A stretch of 63,822 nucleotides of DNA, filler included, from Octopus bimaculoides (Eukaryota): assembly GCF_001194135.2 (NCBI RefSeq). It is 6 parts of 6 records of this genome, joined end to end, with 100 filler letters (N's around TTAATTAATTAA, not from the genome) between each part and the next. Parts side by side here need not be neighbours in the genome. Positions count along the whole stretch, not along the records: positions 23,641 to 52,764 come from NC_068986.1; positions 52,865 to 60,439 come from NC_068990.1; positions 60,540 to 62,693 come from NC_068983.1; positions 62,794 to 63,822 come from NW_026382120.1; 2 more parts are not named here. One strand, 5' to 3'. Position 1 is the first letter of the stretch; each line of letters starts with the position of its first letter. The translations under genes and the position numbers were made by a program. Below, piece after piece: positions 49,871 through 62,794 of the stretch. The notes under the pieces are model-generated. The model searched no databases. It saw nothing but the letters and a program-made list of their open reading frames with translations, and was not told the origin of the DNA.

Positions 49871-50904
49871 TATCACACACCCACCTTCAAACGGTAGGTG
49901 CACCCCATAGTGTCCCCTTGATAAATGCCATCTCTTTAAGAGCTCACAGAACCACAAGGGAGGTGCTACCATCCAGGTTGAGAACTAATCTGACTGAAAT
50001 AATATATTACTGTCTGTAATTTAATATTACCATGCAGGCATGGCCGAATGGTTGAGAAGTTTCCTTTCCAGCCACATGGTTCTGAGTTCAGTCCTACTGC
50101 ATGGCACTTTGGCCAAATCTGTCTACTAGAGCCCCAGGCTAACCAAAACCCTAAATCTGTCTACTAGAGCCCCCAGGCTAACCAAAATACGTATGTTTGA
50201 GTCTCCTTGTGTTCATATTGCATGATTGTTGTAAATGAATGTCATTCGTTTCCAATACTCTTTGAAAACATGCCTGGCCATGAGAAAATATTACTTTGCT
50301 TAGAAACACGAATGGGTTGGTGACAGCCATAGAAAACCTGCATTAATAAATTCAGTCCAATCCATGCAAACATGGAAAAGTCAACATTAAAATGACAATG
50401 ATGATGATGGCGGCAGTTTTAGTGATGATGATGATGATGATGATGATGGTTGAGTAAGTTTGCCCATAACTGCTTCAATATAAAGCCTTTGATTTCCAGT
50501 ATCTCCTGCAATTAAAGCATGTGTGTCTGATCAATCACATCTTCCCATCATTAGTTATGTGCCGGTGCACAGTCAGCTGCACTCATTCAATCATACACAC
50601 AGACACTCCCCTGATAACTTCTACACTGATAGCAATGCTTTCATCATTGTCATCATCATGAACCACAAAATTATACCTTACTGTCGTCTTAAATAAGGGG
50701 AGGGTCGGGGGTCAACACACTGGATAACGTAATCCTACTCACCTCTAAAAAGACAGGATGATCATGACTGGAAAGCCTTTGGTCATAAGTCTGCTCCATC
50801 AGAACTGACTTGGAAGTAAACAATAGCAACAACATCATCATCATCATCATCATCACCATCATCACCATCAACATCCACAACAGAAAATTTTGTTAAATAT
50901 TATT

Positions 50905-51120
50905 GTCTGTGTTCCCCCCCCCCCAACATCGCTTGTCAACTGATGGTGGTGTGTTTACATCCCCGTAACTTAGTGGTTCGGCAAAAGAGACCGATAGAAT
51001 AGGTACGAGGCTTCCAAAGAATAAGTCCTGGGGTCGATTTGCTCGACTAAAGGCGGTGCTCCAGCATGGCCGCAGTCAAATGACTGAAACAAGTAAAAGA
51101 GTAAAAGATTAAAAGAGTAA
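50905..51120 (+). mobile_element. Composite-SINE right module
   Basis: Near-identical to 42553-42765. Confidence 0.85.
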
Positions 51121-51624
51121 GTCAGATTAAACTGCTTTATACATACAAATATACATAATCTATAATGCAGGATGATTTTAAAATCAACCAAGGTACAGCT
51201 ACAGATAAATACAAATCAGCTACTTTGATTTATAGTGCTAGTAGGGCTAACAAGATTATAGCCTGCAAGGCTACAGACATAGAAATATAGAAGGATACGC
51301 TTAATTGTCTAAAAGATGCTATCACAAAAATGAAAATAATTCTTCTTTAAAGGTGAATGTATAAATAAATTTAAAAACATACACACATGCGCAGACATGA
51401 TTACAGGCAAGTTCACTGCCATCGATTCACGGTGAGGAAAGTTCACCACCATCAATTTACCGTGAGGAAAGTTCACCACAAGGAAAATTTACCAAGAAAA
51501 TATATCCATAGTATCTCACCATTAATAGTTAAAAACTATTTTATTGAAAAAAAAAATGAATTGATGATGGTGAACATACCAGTCATGCATGCGCACATGC
51601 ACATATTTATATATATAGACTCAG

Positions 51625-52000
51625 GTGTGGCTGTGTGGTAAGAAGACTGCTTCCCGGCCACATGGTTCCGGTTCAGTACTACAGCATGCTATCTTGGTTG
51701 AGTGTCTTCTACTTTAGTCTCAGGCCAACCAAAGCCTTCTAAGTGGATTTGGAAGATGGAAGCTGAAATTGGTCCATCATATATATCATTTATCTACATA
51801 GGTGCAGGAGTGGCTGTGTGGTAAGTAGCTTGCTTACCAACCACATGGTTCTGGGTTCAGTCCCACTGCGTGGCACCTTAGGCAAGTGTCTTCTACTATA
51901 GCCTCGGGCCGACCAAAGCCTTGTGAGTGGATTTGGTAGACTGAACCTGGGACTATGTGGTTGGGAAGCAAGCTTCTTAACACACAGTCACGCCTACATA
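51625..52000 (+). mobile_element. Cluster of composite-SINE left modules, including an inverted head fragment
   Basis: Heads at ~51625 and ~51800; 51940-52000 is the reverse complement of the head. Confidence 0.75.
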
Positions 52001-52212
52001 TAAATAACATGTGAAGGCTTGTGGTCTAGCATTTAGTGTTTGTCCTCATGATTGCAAGATCTGGTTTCAATCCCTAGACCGGGCAATGCATTTTGTTCTT
52101 GAGCCCAAAATGCTATACAGTGGGACTGAACCTGAAACCATGTGGTTGAGAAAGAAACTTCTTACAACACAGCCACACCTACATATACGTATATATATAT
52201 ATATATATATAT

Positions 52213-52244
<32 letters not shown>

Positions 52245-52245
<1 letters not shown>

Positions 52246-52435
52246 CAAGGACAACTGATGAAGGGAAATATTCTTTATGTTGCATGTCTCGTTTCTCTGT
52301 TTTTTTTTTGTTGTTCGAAAAAAAGTTTGTTTCTGTTTTCGTTTCTCATTGTGTTTAACATTTTTTTTGTGGTATCCTGTACCCATATATGCATGCATGT
52401 ATACATATAGATGTACATATATGCATATATTTATA
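52245..52435 (+). repeat. Unclassified repeat, homologous to 59025-59275 and 59790-59990
   Basis: ctgatgaagggaaatattc...tcctgtacccatatatgcat shared. Confidence 0.65.
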
Positions 52436-52437
52436 TA

Positions 52438-52765
52438 TCGTGCAAGAGAGACGATTGCGCTGGTATGGACATGTGGTGAGAATGGATGAGGATAGCTGCG
52501 TGAAAAAGTGCCACACCCTAACAGTTGAGGGAACCCGTGGAAGAGGTAGGCCCAGGAAGACCTGGGCTGAGGTGGTGAGGCAAGACTTTCGTACATTGGG
52601 CCTCACCGAGGCGATGACTACTGACCGAGACCTTTGGAAATGTGCTGTGCGTGAGAAGACCCGGCAAGCCAAGTAAGATCGTTGCCAGTGCCCCTGGACT
52701 GGTTCTTGTGTGGGTGGCACATGAGATGCACCATTTTGAGCGTGGCCGTTGCCAGTACCGCCTGN
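52438..52765 (+). mobile_element. RTE LINE C-terminal coding end and 3' UTR start
   Basis: VQERRLRWYGHVVRMDEDSCVKKC...GRGRPRKTWAEVV...KTRQAK*. Confidence 0.92.
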
Positions 52766-52864
52766 NNNNNNNNNNNNNNNNNNNNNNNNNNNNNNNNNNN
52801 NNNNNNNNTTAATTAATTAANNNNNNNNNNNNNNNNNNNNNNNNNNNNNNNNNNNNNNNNNNNN

Positions 52865-52892
<28 letters not shown>

Positions 52893-52896
<4 letters not shown>

Positions 52897-53368
52897 GATA
52901 AACAGCGCATGACCTTGCAGGTGGGCCTCAGTTAGCGTTTTCTTTAGACCGAGTAACCCATCCTGCTCAAAAGGTCTCTGAATAAGGGCTGTTTAAAGAT
53001 GCTTAACGAAACACCCATGTTTCCAGAGGTGAATTATTCATATCTCAAAGATTTCCTCTCAGCACATGGCTATGATGCTTCCTCCCACTACTACTCATGG
53101 TCAGAGGCGCACATATCGTCAGCCACTAAGCGGTGCACATCTCGACAACAGGTTAAGGTTAAGCAACTGACCAGCAAATCTGTTGAGCAGAATGTTTGCA
53201 GTAGCCCATCCTTTAAATTCAGACAAAATATGGACACGATAACACTTCCAACCATTTAAGATGAAAAACCTTGAGAGCAATTGACTGGTATTGCATAGAA
53301 GCCACGTGAGCCACAGCCTGGTATTGCATCAGGGTATTCTGATATTGCATCAATTATTATTATTATTA
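52893..53368. mobile_element. Second copy of the (AAT)n-associated repeat, reverse orientation
   Basis: Aligns to the reverse complement of 25147-25560; ends in (ATT)n. Confidence 0.75.
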
Positions 53369-53376
53369 GATAACAG

Positions 53377-53600
53377 CCACAAGGCGGTGAGCTGGTAGAA
53401 TGGTTACCGCGCTGGGCAAGATGCTTAGCGGCATTTAGTCTGTCTTTATGCACTGTGTTCAAATTCCGCCGAGGTCAACTTTACCTTTCATACTTTCGGG
53501 GTCGACAACATAAATACCAATTGTGTACTGGGATCGATGCAATCGACCAACTCTCTCTCCAATGTCAGGCTTTGTGCCTATAATGGAAAGGATTTTTAAA
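53377..53600 (+). mobile_element. tRNA-derived SINE
   Basis: aaggcggtgagctggtagaatgg...gttcaaattcc head. Confidence 0.8.
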
Positions 53601-54206
53601 TAACAGCTATCTTTGGGAAAGGCATGAACTTTACCAATCATACAACGTTTTTTTTCTAAAATATGGAAATTTTCTTTATATATTTTGTCAAAAGAAAACA
53701 AATATCACAAATATTTTTATCCCTTTCATCATTTCCGTCCTTACATGCTATTTTCTGCTTCAGTGGACTTTGTCGTTTTCATATATTTTCAATTTAATGA
53801 CGAAACCGAAAACCGCGGATGATTTACTTTGTGTTCTCTTTGTATTAAGTCCCCAAAGTTATACATCCATTATATAAATTCCCTATATACTACCACAGAC
53901 AAAATAATTAACAATTGAAGAGTGCTTGGCGTTTCTCCTGGTTTATTAACCATCACCACTACCACTACCACCATGATCAATTATAGCAACCAGCCAAGAA
54001 GCTTTTACGTGATCACTGCACCTGCTAGAAATAGCAGTCAAAACCTCACTAATATTTAGGAGTCTTTACCAGAGCCCACGCTGTTGCAAGCATTCCCGTT
54101 AAATTTCAGGTTTGAATGTAACTTACCCCTTCCTCACACTTATCTCGGAGGCCGTGAAAACAATCATGAGTTTTCCTCTCCTCTTCTGAAGAAGTGATAA
54201 GAATTT

Positions 54207-54610
54207 GGTGTGGTAAGTAGCTAGCTTACCAACCACATGGTTCTGGGTTCATTCCCACTGCGCGGCACCTTGAGCAAGTGTCTTCTACTATAGTCTCGGG
54301 ATTTGTAAGTGGATTTGGTAGACGAAAACTGAAAAAAAAACCGGTCGTATATATGTATATATATATATATGTATGTGTGTGTATATGTTTGTGTGTCTGT
54401 GTTTGCCCCCCCCCCCCAACATCGCTTGACAACCGATGGTGGTGTGTTTATGTCCCCGTAACCTAGCGGTTCGGCGAAACAGAGCGATAGAGTAAGTACT
54501 AGGCATCCAAAGAATAAGTCCTGGGGTCGATTTGCTCGACTAAAGGCGGTGCTCCAGCATGGCCGCAGTCAAATGACTGAAACAAGTAAAAGAGTAAAAG
54601 AGTAAAAGAG
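54207..54610 (+). mobile_element. Composite SINE, gap-free copy with internal (TA)/(TG) tract
   Basis: Left module, microsatellite at 54347-54400 and right module all contiguous. Confidence 0.88.
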
Positions 54611-55599
54611 ATGTGATGGTCACGACTAGAATAAATTTGATCATAGGTTTACGCAGTCGGGACTGTCCGGGGCTAAACAACATCATGACTACAGCAGTAG
54701 CAACAGTAGCAATAACAGTGATAGCAGCAACAGCAGCATCAACGTGGTGGCCATGGATTGGGTTTCATTTTCTCTCAGCCCACTCCTAAATTTCTTTGAC
54801 AGATGTCACCAAGGGAAACACCAAGTCAAATGTAACTAATTACAGACGAGGCCAGTCGCTATTTATGAAACAAATAGTTATAATAGTTATTTGAAACCCA
54901 GAATTCGTGACTATTTAAATGGTTTCTCATTTCTTTCTGTTGTTATTATACTTCACTTCAATTCAACTGGTTGGAGATTGAATATTTGCAAATTCTGCAC
55001 TTAATTGAAATTATTACATTTGATACTATGTAGGAACAGGCCAGAAACGTGAGCCAATGAGAAACTCCTCGCCCGGGTGTAAAACTTTTACCCTCATTCA
55101 AATTTTAAATCGCTCGGCTAACGAATTTCTCAAAAGGCCCGCAGGGAGCGGAAAACATAACAAAACAAAAAGCCTGAAGACCAAAACTGTAATTTAATAA
55201 GAATTATTTTCAATGCTCCAGCAAAGATATATGGTTAATTAAAACGTTTCAATATATTAATTAATGTATTATTATTGCTTGCAAATCTATGAATTTAAGA
55301 AACTTAAAGAGCCGTGTGTTTCTCAGTGTACTTGTTCCTCAGCAGGTTGTCATGTACTTGCAGTTCGACCTCGGAACTAGAATGGTGTAATCCACCCCTG
55401 TTAGTTAGATTTGCTAGAATTGGCAGCCAACTTTCACACAAATTGCACACCTTACAACCATCTTAAGAAAAGCAAAAGCAAAAGAGAGGAACGGAAGAGC
55501 AGTAGTACCAGGTGCACACATTCTCTGCAAAGAAGACAAAAACTGGTCTCAATTGGAAAAATAGCTCTTGACTAGGGCTGGTGTGGGACTAGAAAGCAA

Positions 55600-55940
55600 T
55601 AAACAATAAACAACAACAGCAGCAGCATCGGCTACAGCAACAGACACGACAGTAGCAAGAACAATAGCAACAACTACAACGTCGTCCTCATCATCATCAT
55701 CATCATCATCAAGAGCAGCAACCACAGCAGCAACAGCAACAGCAGCAACAGCAACAACAACAGCAGCAGCAGCAGCAGCAGCAATAACGACAACAACAAC
55801 GGCATCAATGATAACACTCGCAGTAACTGTTTCAAAACATCATCAGCGGTAACATTACTTATAACAGACAAATACACTCCTGCAAAAAAAATTAGGTGGA
55901 GGAGGGGGGGAGGAGGAGCAGCAGGACGACGACGACGAGG
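55600..55940. repeat. (CAG/CAA/CAT)n compound microsatellite
   Basis: Directly visible. Confidence 0.85.
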
Positions 55941-56389
55941 TGACATTGTTGTTATGGTTGGTATTATTGTAGCATAGTCTGTCATCTTTGATTAATCAGA
56001 CATAGAATGAATGGGGCTCAAATGGCAATTTTTCTGCCTTCGTATAAAGCATTCGACTTACAATATCAACTGTGTCCTTCGTTTTAATAATACAGCAAAG
56101 TGTGAAAAGAAGAAGATTCAACTGCTATTTCTAGTAGATGTCGCAACTACCCTAAAGGGTTCCTGATATCAGGTTATATGAAGCTATGAAAAGCGTATAT
56201 ATGACGTACAGCAACCCTCAAGCTATCGTCGCTAAGGTTAGGGTCAGGATTAAGATTAGGATTAGAGTTAGGGTTGGGGTTAGCATGCGCTGAGGCTGCG
56301 ACATTTTCAGCAATTCCTTGATAGTGAAGAAGTGTGGTCGCTTTATGTTAGAAGCATTATCATTTTTTTTCCACAGCTCGTCTCTTTGA

Positions 56390-56815
56390 CAGATGTTCTA
56401 TAGAGAATTATTGGAGGGCAAAAACAATCGCATTCTCGGGTAAACTCTAGGCGTCGATGAAAATCAACAGGCTGGTCTCTTCTGGTGAACAATTTCCAGA
56501 AATCCCCGCATGACAGTGCCACCAGGTTGGGATTGGAGACATAAACCGATTTAAGAAAAACTCTGCAGGTACGGAAATACTGCCAACCAGAAATGTCTGA
56601 TATGCGCACCGAACGACGAAATCATTCTGAACGCACTTGTCCAGTTCTCGAGAATTGCTGACTTGTGGAGTTATGTTGGACATTTGCCGTTACGTGTGGT
56701 GCGGATCCAGTTATTAACTGAACCTATTGAGAAGGTCGTCCCACTACATTCCTTTCATCGGGAAGGACAGGCAAGCTTTTTCTGTCTTGTGACTTTGGCG
56801 AAAGCGATTGAATAG
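56390..56815 (+). mobile_element. Tx1/L1-clade LINE ORF2 C-terminal (zf-RVT) relic
   Basis: One frame with three stops: MFYRELLEGK..ILG*TLGVDE...EKLCRYG..NQKCLICAPNDEIILNALVQF..IADLWSYV...FFCLVTLAK, the Tx1-like C..C....E...HAL..C....LW pattern. Confidence 0.75.
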
Positions 56816-56861
56816 CAGATTACATTGAAAGGATTACATTCAAAGGCAGATTACATTGAAA

Positions 56862-57270
56862 GGTGGCAGAAGCGTTGGCACGCCGGGCGAAATGCTTAGC
56901 GGTATTTCGTCTGCTGTGACGTTCTGAGTTCAAATTCCGCAGAGGTCGACTTTACCTTTCATCCTTTCGGGGTCGATAAATTAAGTTCCAGTTACGCACT
57001 GGGGTCGATGTAATCGACTTAATCCCTTCGTCTGTCCTTGTTTGTCCCCTCTATGTTTAGCCCCTTGTGGGCAATAAAGAAATAGGTATTTCGTCTGCTG
57101 CTACGTTCTGAGTTCAAATTCTGCCGAGGTCGACTTTGCCTTTCATCCTTTCGGGGTCGATTAAATAAGTACCAGTTACGCACTGGGGTTGATATAATCG
57201 ACTTAATCCGATTGTCTGTCCTTGTTTGTCCCCTCTGTGTGTAGCTCCTTGTGGGCAGTAAAGAAATAAG
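56862..57270 (+). mobile_element. Head-to-tail SINE dimer
   Basis: Same family as 19790-20212; the second unit lacks the 5' head. Confidence 0.88.
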
Positions 57271-57339
57271 ATTACACTGAAAGGATTGAAGACAGACACA
57301 TTCCACTGTAACCAAGCCCTCATTACCTTTTTCAAGTCG

Positions 57340-57490
57340 CACTTGAAAAGGAAAGTGACGGTGCAGCAGTTGCGTCCCATTAAATTTGTTGGAAAGTACA
57401 TCTGAATGTGAGCAAGGTCCGAGCGAACGGGCCTGCTCTGAGCATGCGCCTGAAGATTGGACAACCGACAGAGGGCGCTAGCAAGTGTGA
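57340..57490. promoter_or_regulatory. Promoter/insulator-like motif cluster
   Basis: GC/CpG-enriched unique DNA with GAGCATGCGC (NRF1-like, 57440-57449), ATTGG (inverted CCAAT, 57456-57460) and CCGACAGAGGGCGCTA (CTCF-like, 57465-57480). Confidence 0.45.
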
Positions 57491-57650
57491 TAAGAATGCT
57501 TTTTTTTTTAGAATTATTCGCTATTTGAAATTTTTTGTTTATTCTTGATATTTGCCTGTTTACACAATTTTTATGTAATCCAGCATTTTATTGTCATCGC
57601 TGTTCTTGTCAAACCTAAGAGGTTAATAAAGAAAGCTATTACTGCTGCAG

Positions 57651-57717
<67 letters not shown>

Positions 57718-58458
57718 CACTCCTGCTGCTGCTACTATTGGTGTTTTCTTCAATTGTAATATTAGACACGTTAAAGAAAAAGTGTTGTTACACGTTCCTG
57801 GATACACGCATTCATACACGTATGAGTACATACATGTATACATACGTACTTACCNNNNNNNNNNNNNNNNNNNNNNNNNNNNNNNNNNNNNNNNNNNNNN
57901 NNNNNNNNNNNNNNNNNNNNNNNNNNNNNNNNNNNNNNNNNNNNNNNNNNNNNNNNNNNNNNNNNNNNNNNNNNNNNNNNNNNNNNNNNNNNNNNNNNNN
58001 NNNNNNNNNNNNNNNNNNNNNNNNNNNNNNNNNNNNNNNNNNNNNNNNNNNNNNNNNNNNNNNNNNNNNNNNNNNNNNNNNNNNNNNNNNNNNNNNNNNN
58101 NNNNNNNNNNNNNNNNNNNNNNNNNNNNNNNNNNNNNNNNNNNNNNNNNNNNNNNNNNNNNNNNNNNNNNNNNNNNNNNNNNNNNNNNNNNNNNNNNNNN
58201 NNNNNNNNNNNNNNNNNNNNNNNNNNNNNNNNNNNNNNNNNNNNNNNNNNNNNNNNNNNNNNNNNNNNNNNNNNNNNNNNNNNNNNNNNNNNNNNNNNNN
58301 NNNNNNNNNNNNNNNNNNNNNNNNNNNNNNNNNNNNNNNNNNNNNNNNNNNNNNNNNNNNNNNNNNNNNNNNNNNNNNNNNNNNNNNNNNNNNNNNNNNN
58401 NNNNNNNNNNNNNNNNNNNNNNNNTATATATATATACATATATGAATATGTATATATG

Positions 58459-58527
<69 letters not shown>

Positions 58528-58779
58528 CATTTTGTGGGAATGTATGCATGTTTACATACATATATATGTCAGCCTGAAACTCCTTTATTTTCATTGTGAT
58601 CTCATATTTATGTCAATAATCATTATAACACCTTGCAACGTAAACAATGTCCAAGTAACAATGAAGAAAAGCTATTCATTTGTAAGCAAAGAAACAAAGA
58701 AACGAACACGAACTTTACGAATATCAGCTGCACGTCATAGTAGAAAAAATGTGCAAGAATTTCCTAAAGTTTAACATGG

Positions 58780-58975
58780 TTCCGAGTTCGGTCTCAATGC
58801 GTGGCACCTTGGGCAAGTGTCTTCTACTATAGCCTCGGGTCGACCAAAGCCTTGTGAGTGAATTTGGTGCGTGAATTTGGTAGATGTGTCTATTTGTCCT
58901 CTACTGCGGCTTGGCAACCGGTGTTTGTGTGCTTACGTTCCCGTACCATGGCGGTTCGGCAAAAGTGACCAATAG
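58780..58975 (+). mobile_element. Composite-SINE fragment
   Basis: gtggcaccttgggcaagtgtcttctactatagcctcggg...gcggttcggcaaaag. Confidence 0.75.
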
Positions 58976-59024
58976 AATATATATCAGCTATTCTAAGAGC
59001 GCGTTCTGCCTCATCTTCGAAACG

Positions 59025-59294
59025 TCTAGTTTAGAATAGAGGCAGCTGATAAAGGAAAAATTCCATAGGTGGCTTCTCTGTTTTCCTGTGTATTCGTTCT
59101 GTTGTCTGTAAACAGAGTCCGTTTTTGTACATTTTGTTCCCGTTTATCTGTCTGACGTCCTGTACCCGGATATGCATCTATATATACATGTAGATGTAGG
59201 TATGTACATATATGTATGTATACATGCATATACTCATATATAATTTGTATTATTATATTATCGAACGCGACGCGTCCATTTGCAAGTAAGTTTC

Positions 59295-59334
<40 letters not shown>

Positions 59335-59752
59335 NNNNNNNNNNNNNNNNNNNNNNNNNNNNNNNNNNNNNNNNNNNNNNNNNNNNNNNNNNNNNNNNNN
59401 NNNNNNNNNNNNNNNNNNNNNNNNNNNNNNNNNNNNNNNNNNNNNNNNNNNNNNNNNNNNNNNNNNNNNNNNNNNNNNNNNNNNNNNNNNNNNNNNNNNN
59501 NNNNNNNNNNNNNNNNNNNNNNNNNNNNNNNNNNNNNNNNNNNNNNNNNNNNNNNNNNNNNNNNNNNNNNNNNNNNNNNNNNNNNNNNNNNNNNNNNNNN
59601 NNNNNNNNNNNNNNNNNNNNNNNNNNNNNNNNNNNNNNNNNNNNNNNNNNNNNNNNNNNNNNNNNNNNNNNNNNNNNNNNNNNNNNNNNNNNNNNNNNNN
59701 NNNNNNNNNNNNNNNNNNNNNNNNNNNNNNNNNNNNNNNNNNNNNNNNNNNN

Positions 59753-59792
<40 letters not shown>

Positions 59793-59990
59793 AATACAAA
59801 TAATATGTGAGTATATGCATATATACGTACATGTATGTACATACTTACATCTACATGTATATATAGATGCATATCTGGATACAGGACTTCACAAAAAAAC
59901 GTGGACAAAAAAATAATAATAACCAGAGTACAGAAAACACACAGGCCACATAGAGAACATTTCCTTCATCAGCTCCCTCCATACTAACGC
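59025..59990. repeat. Inverted pair of an unclassified repeat flanking (TA)n and a gap
   Basis: 59158-59262 matches the reverse complement of 59790-59887; homology extends outward to ~59025 and ~59990. Confidence 0.8.
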
Positions 59991-60141
59991 GCTCGGGTCT
60001 GTGCATGTGTATAAACTTCAGTTTATATTTATGTATGTATGTCTTTTGCCTTTTGTCTTTTACTTGTTTTAGTCCTTGGACAGCGGCCATGCCGAAGCAC
60101 CGTCTTTAAGGACCTAGTCGATCAAATTTACCCTCTGCCTA

Positions 60142-60174
<33 letters not shown>

Positions 60175-60397
60175 TGAGAGAAAGAGAAATAAGTAGGTAG
60201 ATGTTTGCAATGGAGAAAGAGGAATATAGTAAAATATTAATGTTAAACCAAGAGAAAGCGTTGGAGAGAGCTCAGTGAAAATCGAACCTATACCGACTTG
60301 AATGTCAGCTTTGCGTAATTACTTTTATAGCATCTAATATTACTGTAGTCTACGAAACATCTGAAAATACTTCCACGTTTATCAGTTGGGATAAGAG

Positions 60398-60439
<42 letters not shown>

Positions 60440-60539
60440 NNNNNNNNNNNNNNNNNNNNNNNNNNNNNNNNNNNNNNNNNNNNTTAATTAATTAANNNNN
60501 NNNNNNNNNNNNNNNNNNNNNNNNNNNNNNNNNNNNNNN

Positions 60540-60707
60540 CATCGTCATCATCATCATCTTTGTCATTGTTGTCATCAGCAGTTTAATCCCCATAACCATC
60601 ATTGTTCTCATCATCAATATTTTCATCCACTTCCTCATCCTCCTCCTCATCATCATCATTAACAACATCAGAATAATCCTCCTAACCATCATCATCATCA
60701 CCATCAC

Positions 60708-60746
<39 letters not shown>

Positions 60747-60817
60747 AATTGTTATCATCATCATTATCATCATAATTATCCTCACCATCATCATCACCAT
60801 CATCATCATCATCATCC

Positions 60818-60865
<48 letters not shown>

Positions 60866-60866
60866 C
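60540..60866. repeat. (CAT)n-rich tract
   Basis: Directly visible; the source of the poly-Met ORF. Confidence 0.95.
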
Positions 60867-61299
60867 ATCATTAGCAGCAGCAGCAAAAAAAATTAAAAAC
60901 GTAGCTTCAGATTGTTTGTTTTGTATAATTTTGTTTTGGTTTGTTTTAATTTTTATTCTTTTATTTCATTAACGAAGTGTAAAAATCAAACATCGTTACA
61001 TTTGAAATTACACAAACTTCGAGGTTTTTTTTTTTTACCTTCATCACTAACAAGTTTATATATTTTCGTCATTACTGTTTTTATAAACACAGTTTGCATT
61101 TTATTTATTTATTTATTTACTTTTAGAAAAACACACACCGAAAACTAATTAACTTTATTTTATTTACTGCTTGTAGTAGTTGTTTTGCCCTTGGCCAGTC
61201 CTATTCAGGCAGACTTATGATCATTATCATTCCAATTGTGACAATCCTGTTGTATTTCATGATATTAGAAATGTATTGAGCAAATTTGACCATCCATGT

Positions 61300-61555
61300 C
61301 AACATGGGATACCTTGGGCAAGTACCTTCTACTCTAAAGCCCCCTGGGCCAACAAAAGGCTTGTGAGTGAATTTGGCAGACCGAATCTGTGCCTGATGTG
61401 TATGTCCCTGTAACTTAGCAGTTCAGCAAAAGAAACTGAAACAATAAGTACTGGGCTTACAATGAATAAGTCCTGGGGTCGATTTGCTCGACTAAAGGCA
61501 GTACTCCAGCATGGCCGCAGTCAAATGATTGAAACAAATAAAAGAATAAAAGTAT
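61300..61555 (+). mobile_element. Composite SINE, partial
   Basis: Left-module tail joined to the right module ending aaaagaataaaag. Confidence 0.75.
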
Positions 61556-61559
61556 ATGC

Positions 61560-61592
<33 letters not shown>

Positions 61593-62439
61593 GCATACAT
61601 ACACACACACACACATATATATACATATATATATATACATATATGTGTGTGTGTGTGTGTGTGTATGTATACAAACATGTACGCACATGTGTGTTTGAGT
61701 CTCCTTGGCTTGGCATTGCACTGTAGTTATTAATGGCTGCCACCGTCACACAAGTGGTGCCATTCATTTTTGATCTTCCGTTGAAATCACGTCTGGCCAT
61801 GCTGTGGCAATACCTTGCTTGGAAACAGGTGAGGGTTGATAACAGGAGGGGCATCTCTATATCTATGCCTGTAAGTCTTTGTGTCTGTGTTCAGTCCCTA
61901 CAGCCCTCTTGTCTTCATCCTTGTAATCTAGCAGTTTGACGAAGAGAGACTGATAAAATAAGAACCAGGTTTTACAAAACAAAATAATTAATACTGGGCG
62001 TCGATTTATTTTGACAAAAAATTCTTCAAAGCAGTGCCCCAGCTTGGCCACAGTTTTATGACTGAAACAAGCAAAAACTAAAAGATAATTACTGAGCTTG
62101 ATTTGCTCAACTAAACCCTTCGAAGTGGTGCCCCAGCGTGGCCACAGTCTAATGAATGGAACAAAGAAAAGATAAAAAATATTTCCATTTGATTTCAGGG
62201 ATGTTTAGCTACTATTTCTAGCAGGTCTACCAATGACCTAGAAGCTCCCTCATCAATTCATTTATTTGTTTGTTAATTGATATCGATTTTTCATTTGATT
62301 ATTTCTTTTTTTTCTTCTTTTTTTTACGTATTTAGTTCAATTTTTCTTTTTTTAATTTGTTTTCTTTTAACATTTGTTTCTAGTATCACCGGATTTGGTT
62401 CAGTGTTCGTTATATAGATATCTTATTTACTAATTTCCT

Positions 62440-62466
62440 GGTGGTGGTAGTGGTGGTGGTGGTGGT

Positions 62467-62497
<31 letters not shown>

Positions 62498-62693
62498 GTG
62501 TTGGTGGTACTGGTATTGGTGGTGGTGTTGGTGGTGGTAGTAGCAGTGGTATTAATGGTGGTGGCAGCAGCGGTGGTGGTGGTGGTGGTGATGGACATGG
62601 TGGTGGTGCTGCTAGTGGTGACAGTGCTGACAGAGGGAGCAGCAGCAGGGGCAGCAGCAGCAGCAGCGGCAGTAGTAGTAGTGGCAGTAGTAG
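62440..62693. repeat. (GGT/GCT/GCA/GTA) trinucleotide tract
   Basis: Directly visible. Confidence 0.9.
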
Positions 62694-62794
62694 NNNNNNN
62701 NNNNNNNNNNNNNNNNNNNNNNNNNNNNNNNNNNNNNTTAATTAATTAANNNNNNNNNNNNNNNNNNNNNNNNNNNNNNNNNNNNNNNNNNNNA

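Noticed and set aside
58985-59075. Hammerhead ribozyme (CTGATGA/GAAAC words here, at 52254, 59960 and 37590)
   Set aside because: I could not assemble stems I-III with the CUGANGA and GAAA cores in the right order; an RNAmotif/Infernal search would be needed to revive it.
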